Positions 28,860 through 36,899 of a DNA stretch of 39,704 bases are shown piece after piece (positions within the stretch are counted from its first letter, which is position 1; each line of letters opens with the position of its first letter). The notes beneath the pieces are model-generated. The model searched no databases. It saw only the letters and a program-made list of their open reading frames with translations, and had not been told where the DNA came from. Source of the DNA: Natator depressus (taxonomy: Eukaryota). The stretch is taken from the NCBI RefSeq assembly GCF_965152275.1, contig NW_027439781.1, positions 1 through 39,704 on the forward strand. The letters run 5' to 3'. The position numbers and the translations under genes are program-made.

Positions 28860-29200
28860 TCCTCAGCCCCCCTTCCCCCATCTCAGAGCCCCCAGTCCTG
28901 GGCCCCCCTCCCCGGCTCACAGCCCCCCCAGTTCTGGGCCCCCCTTCCCCCATCTCAGCCACACACACCCCAGTCCTGGGCCCCCACTTCCCATCTCACA
29001 GCCCCCCCAGCCCTGGCCCCCCTTTCCCCATCTCAGTGCCCCCAGTCCTCAGCCCCCCTTTCCCCATCTCAGCCCCCCCAGTCCTGGCCCCCCTTCCCCC
29101 ATCTCAGAGCCCCCAGTCCTCAGCCCCCCTTCCCCCATCTCACAGCCCCCCAATCCTGGGGCCCCCTTTTCCCTGGGAAGGGATCCCCGATTCACAGCCC
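28860..29200. repeat. About 6 tandem copies of a 58-bp unit (ccccagtcctgggcccccc(t)tcccccatctcagagcc).
   Basis: Direct periodicity. Confidence 0.85.
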
Positions 29201-29639
29201 CCCCAGTCATGGCTTTGGGTAAATTTCCCGGTCATAGGATTTTAAAATCAGAAACGTCGTGATTTCAACTCTTGCACCTGAAACGTCCCGGCGTGGGAAC
29301 TGTAGGGTCCTGACCCAAAGAGGAGGGGCTTTGGGGGGGTATCGGAGGGTTACGGGAGGGGGTCGCGGTACCTCCACCCTCCCTTCTGGGCTGCTCGGTC
29401 CGCACCGCCGCTCCCCGGCCGCCCAGCCCCGCAGGCAGCAGCGCAGGGGGAAGGGTGGCGATCCCGCAGCCCCCTACAATAACCTCGCAGCCCCGCAACT
29501 CGCTCGTGGGTCAGGCCCCAGCTGGAGAGACGCTGGGCTCCCCCGTGCGATCTGGACGGGACCGGGCACGAGCACACGGGACAGGAGCTTGCACGGCCTC
29601 TGACACGTGTGTCGCGGCCCAGGCCCCCGTCATGGGGTA

Positions 29640-30045
29640 TCAGAAAGGGGGCGGGGCAGGGCAATGGGAGGGGGCGGGGCAGCGAGGGGGGCAGGTTGGG
29701 GCAGGGCATGGCACCGGGAGGGGGCGGGACAAGGAGGGGTGCGGCAGGATCGCAGGTGGGGGAGGGGCAGGGTACCAGGAGGGGGCGGGGCAGGGTAGCG
29801 GGAGGGGCGGGGCTAGGAGGGGGAGGGGCAGGGTAGCGGGAGGGGCTAGGAGGGGGCGGGGCAGGGTAGCGGGAGGGGGCGGGCCAAGCAGGGGTGGGGC
29901 AGGGTAGCAGGACGGGAGGGGCTAGAAGGGGCAGAGCTGGGTATCATGAGGGAGAGGGGCTAAGAGGGGCGGGGCTAGGAGGGGGCGGGGCAGGGTGGCG
30001 GGAGGGGGCGGGGCTAGGAGGGGGCGGGGCACCAGCCGACGCTTG
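29640..30045. promoter_or_regulatory. Tandem array of about 10 copies of a 35-40-bp unit, each with a GC box (gggaggggcggggctaggagggggcggggcagggtagc). Sp1-type site array in the MVP/KIF22 intergenic (bidirectional promoter) region.
   Basis: Direct. GGGGCGGGG repeats. Confidence 0.6.
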
Positions 30046-30199
30046 TGCAGTGGGAATGGGGCCCCGCCCCACAGCAGAGCCCGCGAGCGTGGGGTGACCG
30101 GGGTCCCTCGGGTCCGCGCCCGCGCGAGGGGTCCGCAGCGTTTTTGCGAAGCCTTCCGTCCCGCAGGCGCCATTTCACGTGCTCCCCGCGCGCGGTGGC

Positions 30200-30460
30200 A
30201 CCGGCGCATGCGCAGTTCTCTCCCATGTCCCATTGTGCGCATGCGTATATCGCCAGTCCTTTTTTCCTTTCGTTCGCGTCGGCCAAGCGACTCTACTTTC
30301 CCTTAATGCGCATGCTCCGCTGCTTTTCCCTCCCCCCCACCCAGAATTGCGCACTGAGCGTGCACGTTTCTTCCAGTCCCTGATGCGCATGCGCTTTTTG
30401 TTAGTCTCCTCCCTATGACGTCACAGACGCCGCCATCTTGTCCTACCCCTCATGCGCACG
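30200..30460. promoter_or_regulatory. KIF22: KIF22 proximal promoter. Four GCGCATGCGC-type palindromes (NRF1-like) at about 30204, 30236, 30307 and 30385. CRE TGACGTCA at 30416-30423. YY1-like GCCGCCATCTTG at 30429-30440. Inverted CCAAT (ctgattggcc) at about 30527 and a GC box at about 30553.
   Basis: Motifs read directly from the sequence. Their assignment to transcription-factor families is established knowledge, but function is inferred. Confidence 0.5.
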
Positions 30461-30783
30461 CGCCTTCCGCACCTTGTCGCTCCCGCGTCGCTGGGTGCGT
30501 GCGCGGCGCCCCACCCGGCGGGCGCCCTGATTGGCCGGTGTCTGGACAGGGGCGGGGTTAGCGCCAAATACAAACGGCCGCGGGCCGCGCGAGCTGCAGC
30601 GGCCGCCGGACCGGAGAGAGAGCAGGGGCTCGGTGGGCGCGAGGGGCCGGACGGCGGGGAAGGGAGTGGGGGGGCCCGAGGGGGCGGGGCTGAGAGCAGC
30701 TTGTGGGGCGGGTCCCCCGGTCGGGGCAGCAGGTTCCCCCCCACAGCCCGGGCGGGGCGCCCCCTCCCCCCGCGGCGGGCACC

Positions 30784-30938
30784 ATGCCGCCCCAGCAGCG
30801 AGCCGGCCCCCCGGCCCGGGTGCGCGTGTGCGTCCGCCTGCGGCCCTGCAGCCAGGGGGACCCCTGCGTCCGCGGCCTGGACTCCCGCTCCCTGCAGATC
30901 GTCAGCTGGAGGAACAGGAAGGAGACCATGGAGTACCA
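30784..30938 (+). CDS. KIF22: KIF22 exon 1. ATG at 30784, Kozak caccATGc. [51 protein letters not shown](Q).
   Basis: Matches human ...PPPARVRVAVRLRPFVDGT...[26 protein letters not shown]. Donor TACCA|GTAAGT. Confidence 0.85.
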
Positions 30939-31020
30939 GTAAGTGGGGGGGCCCCTGTGCTGAGACACCCCCCCCCCCGACATCACAGCCCTTCCCCCAC
31001 CCCCCTGCTCTGTCCCCCAG

Positions 31021-31149
31021 GTTCGACACCTTCTATGGGGACCAAGCCACCCCAGCATGACGTCTACGCCGGCTCCGTGCAGCCTGTCCTGCGCCACCTG
31101 CTGGAGGGGCAGAACGCCAGCGTGCTGGCCTACGGGCCCACCGGTGCTG
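31021..31149 (+). CDS. KIF22: KIF22 exon 2. (Q)[42 protein letters not shown](G). It contains an apparent 1-bp insertion (gccaCCCCag) that shifts the frame.
   Basis: Matches human [43 protein letters not shown]. The FDTFYG and QHDVYAG segments are in different frames. The exon is 129 nt where frame continuity needs 128. Confidence 0.8.
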
Positions 31150-31230
31150 GTGAGCACGGGGGCGGCCGGGCTGATCCCGGGGAAGGGGGCTGTGGAAGCC
31201 GAGGAACTGATTTCTTGCCTCCCACCCCAG

Positions 31231-31391
31231 GTAAGACGCACACCATGCTGGGCAGCCCAGAACAGCCAGGTGTGATCCCACGGGCGCTGCGGGATGTCCT
31301 GCAGATGACGCGGGAGGCGAGCTGCTCACCCAGGGGTGAGGAGTGGGACTACTCAGTCTCCATGTCGTACCTGGAGATCTACCAGGAGAAG
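31231..31391 (+). CDS. KIF22: KIF22 exon 3. (G)[53 protein letters not shown]. It ends with a GC donor (AAG|GCAAGT).
   Basis: Matches human [31 protein letters not shown]...[11 protein letters not shown]. Acceptor cccaccccag|GT. No GT donor gives the required phase. Confidence 0.85.
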
Positions 31392-32542
31392 GCAAGTATG
31401 GGGGTGGGGTGAGGACAGTACTGGGGGGAAGAACTGTCCAGCCAGCTGCTGGACCCACTGTTGCAGATCCACAGGATGGGTACTAAGACCCCAGCTTTGG
31501 AGCAGTCTCTGGGAGGCCCTCTTCATTGAGCCAGACTCCCAAGGGGTTCCACTCTTCCTCCAGGGGAAGCCACGGGCCTCACCACCTCCTTAGGCCGGAG
31601 GAGCCTGCAGCCCCCCCACTTCCCACGGAGAGCTCTGATCAGTGAGTCCCATTGAGACCCCAGGGGAGACTTGTACAATCTCCGGCAGTATCTGCAGGGC
31701 CACGCTGCCAGTGCTGGCAACAACAGGTTCATTAGCTGGCTGGACAGTGTGGCAAATCCTTGGTTAGCCAGGGAAGGAAGTTACAGCCCAGCCCATCCTG
31801 GTCAGCCCAAGCCCTGTGCCTCTGACCTCCTGTTGGCCCGGTTCAGGTGTGTCCCCAAAGCCCGCAGAAGCCAACCTTTAACCAGCAGCCCCCCCCGGGT
31901 CCTGCGTTCTCCACCTGGGCGAATGCTGCTCGGTCCCTGAGGAGAGGTGGGTTGGCCATGGTCCTGGTCGCTAGGTATCAAAGCCCAGGTGACAGGGATT
32001 GCCATTGTCGTCTTATAAACCCCACTGATGGGACCTAAGGCTCCAGGCAGCTTGGAGACATTCACAGCTGTAGGTTTGCCTACCCTGGGAGCTGACAGAC
32101 CTTCTCCCCATTGCGTGATGGTGCAGCATAGAGGGGAAACTGTGACACACAGGCTTCATCAAAATATGACACAAAATTCCCACTTTATCCCACCTACCAG
32201 TCTGAGTGGGGTTGGCAGGTGTATGTGGGAGTGAACCAGGAGGGAGATGGGCTAGTAGGCTCTTGCTGATCTGAGATGGGCTGATGGGGGATTCCCTCTT
32301 GGTCGGGGGTGGGGAGAGAGAAACTGAGACACCAGGGGACAGGTGGGTGATGCATGTGGAGAAGTGCACTGGCTGGGGCTGGTGAGATGATGGGGTGGGG
32401 AGAATCTTGGCAGTCCAGGATAAGGGTGGGAGGGTGCTGGGAGCCCTGCCTGACTGGGATGGGGGGGGCAGGGGTGGGGCTGCTGGGAACACTGGTAGGG
32501 GGCAGAGCAGGATCCTTCCTCTGATAATCCCTCCAACTCCAG

Positions 32543-32983
32543 GTGCTGGACCTGCTGGAGCCATCCCAGCAGGACCTGCCGATCCGGGAGGACCGGGACC
32601 GGAACATCCTGATCCCGGGGCTGACTGAGCGAGAGCTGGGAGGCTTCGGGGACTTCGAGCGGTACTTCCTGCCAGCTAGCCGCAACCGCACTGTAGCCTC
32701 CACTCAGCTCAACGACCGCTCAAGCCGCAGCCACGCCGTGCTGCTGGTGCGGGTGGCGCGGACCCAGCAGGCGCCCCCCCACCGCCGCCGCACGGCCAAG
32801 CTCTGCCTCATTGACCTGGCTGGCTCTGAGGACAACCGGCGCACTGGCAACCGTGGCCTGCGGCTCAAAGAGAGCGGTGCCATCAATGCCTCCCTGCACG
32901 TGCTCAGCAAGGTGGTGGATGCCCTCAACCAGGGGCTGCCCCGTGTGCCATACCGCGACAGCAAGCTCACCCGCCTGCTGCAG
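32543..32983 (+). CDS. KIF22: KIF22 exon 4 (motor domain). [147 protein letters not shown].
   Basis: Matches human [71 protein letters not shown]...[62 protein letters not shown]. Sites ctccag| and CAG|GTGCGC. Confidence 0.95.
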
Positions 32984-33412
32984 GTGCGCTGGCCGCCGGG
33001 ATCCTCCCCTGGAATAGGGGTGGGGCTGGGGCCAGAGGCTGCAGGGGAGGAATGCACGCTGGGGTCCTATCCTGGGGCAGGGGTGCACACACCAGGACTC
33101 TGCCCTGACACTGCTCCCGCCTGGTATTCTCCAGCAACGGAGCAGGGAGCTCTTGGGCATCAGAGGCTCAGTATCAAAGTCGAACTGGGTCGGGACATGG
33201 GGCCTGGCGCGCAGAGAGCCGAGGGGGACAAAAACCAAATACCGGGGAAGGGGTAGCACCAGATGCACAGTCCCCTGCCCTGCCCAGCTTTGCCAGCGTG
33301 AGGGGACTGGTGCAGGAATCCTGGGTTCTCTCTCAGCTCTGGGAGGGGACTGGGAGCTGGTGGTTAGAGCAGGGGCAGGTGCAGGACTCCTGGGTTCTCT
33401 CTCTCTCCCCAG

Positions 33413-33566
33413 GACTCCCTGGGGGGCTCAGCTCACAGTGTGATCATTGCGAATGTCGCCCCCGAGCAACACTTCTATTTTGACACGCTGAGCACGCTGA
33501 ACTTTGCTGCCAAGTCCAAGCAGGTGGTGAACCGGCCCTTCACCCAGGAGACACTGCAGGCCCCAG
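33413..33566 (+). CDS. KIF22: KIF22 exon 5. [51 protein letters not shown]. Its acceptor lies inside a MIR-like SINE fragment.
   Basis: Matches human [50 protein letters not shown]. Sites ctgggttctctctctctccccag| and CCAG|GTAAGG. Confidence 0.9.
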
Positions 33567-33674
33567 GTAAGGCTGGGCCAGGCCAGGCTGCCCTGTCCAT
33601 GGGGCTAAGGGATCAATGGGGGGGGTGACCCCAGGGGCTGTGCCCAGCCTGGCCTCACCCTTCTCTTCCCACAG

Positions 33675-33774
33675 CTGCACGCAAGAGACCTCATGAGGAT
33701 CCTGGAGCCAGCAGTGCCAGCCCAGGGGCCAAGAGTCCTCACAAGGAGGAACCCCCCGAGGCCAAGCCGCTCAG
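33675..33774 (+). CDS. KIF22: KIF22 exon 6. (A)ARKRPHEDPGASSASPGAKSPHKEEPPEAKPL(S).
   Basis: Sites ttctcttcccacag| and CTCAG|GTGAGG. The phase links exons 5 and 7. This is the low-complexity linker region of Kid. Confidence 0.75.
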
Positions 33775-33860
33775 GTGAGGGGTGGGAGCCCTGGGGAGGG
33801 GGTGTGCAGGGGAGCATGGTGGGAGTTGCTGGGCTAATGGTCAGTCTCCTCTCCCCCAAG

Positions 33861-34035
33861 CTCCCTGCTGCCCCTGGAGCAGCTGGACCCAAGGCTGGTG
33901 CAGCGGCTGCTGGGCCTGGAGCAGCTGGAGAAGCAGCAGGGGGGTGCCGGGCAGAGGCTGCCGCTGCTCAGCACCCCCCGGCGAGAGCGGGTGGCCCTGC
34001 TGCGCCAGCTGGAGGAGACACGCAGCGAGCTGCAG
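33861..34035 (+). CDS. KIF22: KIF22 exon 7. (S)SLLPLEQLDPRLVQRLLGLEQLEKQQGGAGQRLPLLSTPRRERVALLRQLEETRSELQ.
   Basis: Matches human [53 protein letters not shown]. Sites ctcccccaag| and CAG|GTGGGT. Confidence 0.8.
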
Positions 34036-34344
34036 GTGGGTGAGCCCCACATCCATGTGCTGCTCCCCGGGGACCCCCAGAGCCCCGCCTGGCTCCTTGA
34101 GGACTCCCGCATGGCTCCCTGTACCCTTACACCTGACCCTGGGGACCCCTGCATGGTTCCCCTGCACTCTCTAGCCCCACCCAGCTCCTGGGGAACCTCC
34201 ACCCCGTAACCTGTTCCCATAGACAGCCCCATAACCCTTCTCCCATTGCTTCCCTGGTTCCCTCCAGCCCCAAACCCCCTTGTGCCCAGCTGGCCTGTGA
34301 CTGGCCCCAGTGTGCCCTCCCCACTGACCTGGCCTCCCCTACAG

Positions 34345-34477
34345 AAGCTGAAGGAGAGGCAGAAGGAGCTAGAAGCTGTGGCACTGCTGGACAACGCCTG
34401 TCAGCCCAAGCCCCTGCACAACAGCAAAGCCCCCCCCAGGGCCCGCAAACAGGCTGTGGTGCTGCCCCTGCAGCAAG
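34345..34477 (+). CDS. KIF22: KIF22 exon 8. KLKERQKELEAVALLDNACQPKPLHNSKAPPRARKQAVVLPLQQ(G).
   Basis: Matches human KTKQKELEAKMLAQ...[22 protein letters not shown]. Sites cccctacag| and CAAG|GTAAGG. Confidence 0.8.
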
Positions 34478-34539
34478 GTAAGGGGGCTCAGGGCCCCAAC
34501 CCTGGCCTCATCGAACTGCTAGACAGCCCTCTTGTAGAG

Positions 34540-34845
34540 CGAAACCCGGGTGTCCTGGCTCCCAGTGCCCCCCTGCTCTAACCACTGGACCCCACTCCCC
34601 TTCCAGAGCTGGGATGGAACCCGGGTGTCCTGGCTCCCAGTGCCCCCCTGCTCTAACCACTGGACCCCACTCCCCTCCCAGAGCCGGGATGGAACCCGGG
34701 TGTCCTGGCTCCCAGTGCCCCCCCTGCTCTAACCACTGGACCCCACTCCCCTCCCAGAGCCGGGATGGAACCCGGGTGTCCTGGCTCCCAGTGCCCCCCC
34801 TGCTCTAACCACTGGACCCCACTCCCCTTCCAGAGCTGGGATGGA
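34540..34845 (-). repeat. Four tandem copies of a 65-bp unit derived from the MIR-like SINE head (- orientation: ggagtggggtccagtggttagagcaggggggcactgggagccaggacacccgggttc) in KIF22 intron 8.
   Basis: Direct periodicity. The unit is homologous to the SINE heads at 12690-12810 and 33290-33400. Confidence 0.8.
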
Positions 34846-34895
34846 ACCGGGTGTCCTGGCTCCTAGCCCCCCTAACCCTGCCCCCTGCTCTGCAG

Positions 34896-34966
34896 TGCAC
34901 ACCCCCCTTGGGAAGCAGGCCACACCCAGTGGAGATGAAGGGGTCCTGGTCATACAGAGGAAGCAG
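34896..34966 (+). CDS. KIF22: KIF22 exon 9. (V)HTPLGKQATPSGDEGVLVIQRKQ.
   Basis: Sites ccccctgctctgcag| and CAG|GTGAGA. The phase links exons 8 and 10. Confidence 0.7.
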
Positions 34967-35205
34967 GTGAGAGGGGCTGTGCACAGGGTATCTTGGAGGT
35001 GCATTGCTGAGGGCGGCACAAGTGTTGGGGGGCAGTTGAGAGGGCTGGGGCAGTAGGGGGTGGAAACGGGCAGGGTGGGGTGAATGGGGTGAATGGGAGA
35101 GACAGTTGTGCTGTCTTGGGGGGCAGAGTTGGGGGGTGGATTGCTGTGCTGGGGGGCCCCCTGGTAGTGGAAGGTCACTGCCCCCAGCCCATGTCTCCCT
35201 CCCAG

Positions 35206-35412
35206 GGCCAGGCCGATGGGCTGGGGGCTGAGAACCAGGCTCCACCCTGGGAGCTGATGCTGCGCCCTGACCTGCTGGCCCGGAGCCGGGAGAACCTGGT
35301 GGTGCTGCTCAACCAGGGCAGTGCCAAGGAGCTGCGCGCCCTGCACCGCATCGGGGACAAGAAAGCCCAGCTCATCATGGCCTGGAGACAGCTCCACGGG
35401 CCCTTCACCCAG
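35206..35412 (+). CDS. KIF22: KIF22 exon 10. [69 protein letters not shown].
   Basis: Matches human ...[54 protein letters not shown]. Sites ccatgtctccctcccag| and CAG|GTACCT. Confidence 0.9.
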
Positions 35413-35497
35413 GTACCTGCGGGGGGGGCCGGGGGTGAGGCGGGGTCCGCAGTGGGGGGCAAGGGACATGGCCAGTCACTCTGCCCCTCTCTCGCAG

Positions 35498-35557
35498 GTG
35501 GAGGACCTTCAGAAGGTGGAGGGGATGACAGCCAAACAAGTGGCCTCTTTTCTGAAA
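35498..35557 (+). CDS. KIF22: KIF22 exon 11. [20 protein letters not shown].
   Basis: Matches human [20 protein letters not shown]. Sites ctctctcgcag| and AAA|GTGAGT. Confidence 0.9.
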
Positions 35558-35896
35558 GTGAGTGGGGGGGGTTATGGCCTGGGGCAGGGGGGAGGCACTG
35601 ATGGGGGCTGGGCCCTGTGTCAGTGTCGGGGCCATCGTGGGATGGACAAGGGGTGAGGGACAGGGCTGGGGGTGCAGGAGCATGGAGTGCAGGGGGTGGG
35701 GGAAGCAGGGACTGGGGCATGGGGGGAAGCTGTGTGGGTGGTTAGGGACATGGGGGGGAAGCTGTGGGGGGCAGGGTGAAGTGGGGGGCAGGGGTGTGGG
35801 GCTGGTTAGGGGCAGGGGGCAGGGTGAAGTGGGGGAGGCTCGGCTTGGGGGGAAGCTGGGGGGGTCCCACTGCTCTAACTCGCTGCTCTCCCCCAG

Positions 35897-35950
35897 GCCA
35901 ACCTGCTGAGCGCCCTGGGCCATGTCTCGCCCGCGCCCCCCGCTCAATAA
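35897..35950 (+). CDS. KIF22: KIF22 last exon. ANLLSALGHVSPAPPAQ followed by a stop (TAA at 35948-35950).
   Basis: Matches human ANILGLAAGQRCGAS then stop. Acceptor ctgctctcccccag|. Confidence 0.85.
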   Translation, partial: ANLLSALGHVSPAPPAQ

Positions 35951-35951
35951 A
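35946..35951 (+). terminator. KIF22: KIF22 poly(A) signal AATAAA, overlapping the TAA stop codon (cAATAAAggtc).
   Basis: Direct motif. Confidence 0.5.
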
Positions 35952-36339
35952 GGTCTCTGTGTACGTCACCCCGACTCCGCCTCCTCCTTCGCCGGCGCGG
36001 GGACCCCCACCCCAGCACGACCCCTAAGTGTCGGCCGAACGCACGGCACGGGAGGGCCCTCCCCTTTAAGAGGCTCTGCCCCTTTAAGGGAGGCCGGGAG
36101 AGGGGAGCGCCCTGGGGATGGTGCGGTGCGGGCTGCGCGAGCACTACCATCTCCCCGCGGGGGGGAGAGTAGGTCAATGCCCCAGCGTGTCCCTCTCATG
36201 GTACCTTCCACCCTGCCTCGGGGCCAGAGGTCAATCTGGGCGGCCATTTTGTGAACAAGGGGAGGGCGTAGTTACAAGCTAACGGGCTGGGGGAGGAAAA
36301 GGAAACGACCGTTACCAGGGCAAGCGCGCGCCCCGGGGC

Positions 36340-36600
36340 CGTCAGCCAATCAGCACCTTCTTCCTCCAACGGTCACCGTGCGCACTTGCCGACGGGGTGC
36401 TGAGCGCGGAGGGTTTCACCCAATCAGAAGCACCCCACGTGGGGTCGTGTTCTCAGTCTCACTGGAGCGACCAATGGGAGCCCTGCAAGAACCCCACGCC
36501 AAGGACTCCAGCGTCGGCCAATCACTAAAGCCCCCCCTCAGGGAGCCTGTCGCGCGCCGCGAGAGCGTGCGCTGAAGGGGCCAATCAGCGTCGGCGCGGA
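36340..36600 (+). promoter_or_regulatory. Array of five same-orientation CCAAT boxes spaced 50-75 bp apart (36345, 36420, 36469, 36519, 36581) in a CpG island upstream of the next gene.
   Basis: gccaatcagcacc, acccaatcagaag, gaccaatgggagc, ggccaatcactaa and ggccaatcagcgtc were read directly from the sequence. Confidence 0.5.
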
Positions 36601-36722
36601 GGTGTCCTCGCGCCGCTACCTCCTCACTCCCCCCCCTCCCACCTCACTCCCCCCGCCCGCGCGGCGCTGCTCCTGCTCCCCGCTCGCTCCCCCGCCCTCC
36701 CCGGCCCCCGCCCGCCGCCGCC

Positions 36723-36758
36723 ATGGACCCGAGCAACTGGAGCAGCTTCATCTTCCAG
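36723..36758 (+). CDS. First coding exon of an unidentified gene. MDPSNWSSFIFQ, with a perfect Kozak sequence gccgccATGG and donor CAG|GTACCC.
   Basis: Consensus Kozak, an in-frame donor, and the CCAAT promoter upstream. Intron 1 is filled by a minisatellite that runs to the window end. Identity unknown. It does not resemble the MAZ N-terminus, and MAZ follows KIF22 in human. Confidence 0.35.
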
Positions 36759-36899
36759 GTACCCCCGCCCCGCCCCGCCCGCCGCGAGTCCGCGCGGGGG
36801 GGCCGCGCGCCGCCCCCGCCCTCCAGTCCCAGCGGGCGGGGCCGCCTCGGCGGGGGCGGGGCCGCGCGCCGCCCGACACCCGCCGTGCGCGCTCCCGCG

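Noticed and set aside
30703-30783. N-terminal extension of KIF22 ([10 protein letters not shown]...) suggested by the ORF track.
   Set aside because: The track's M here is a GTG codon. The first real ATG with a Kozak context is at 30784. Human Kid has a longer N-terminus, but there is no upstream ATG in frame here.
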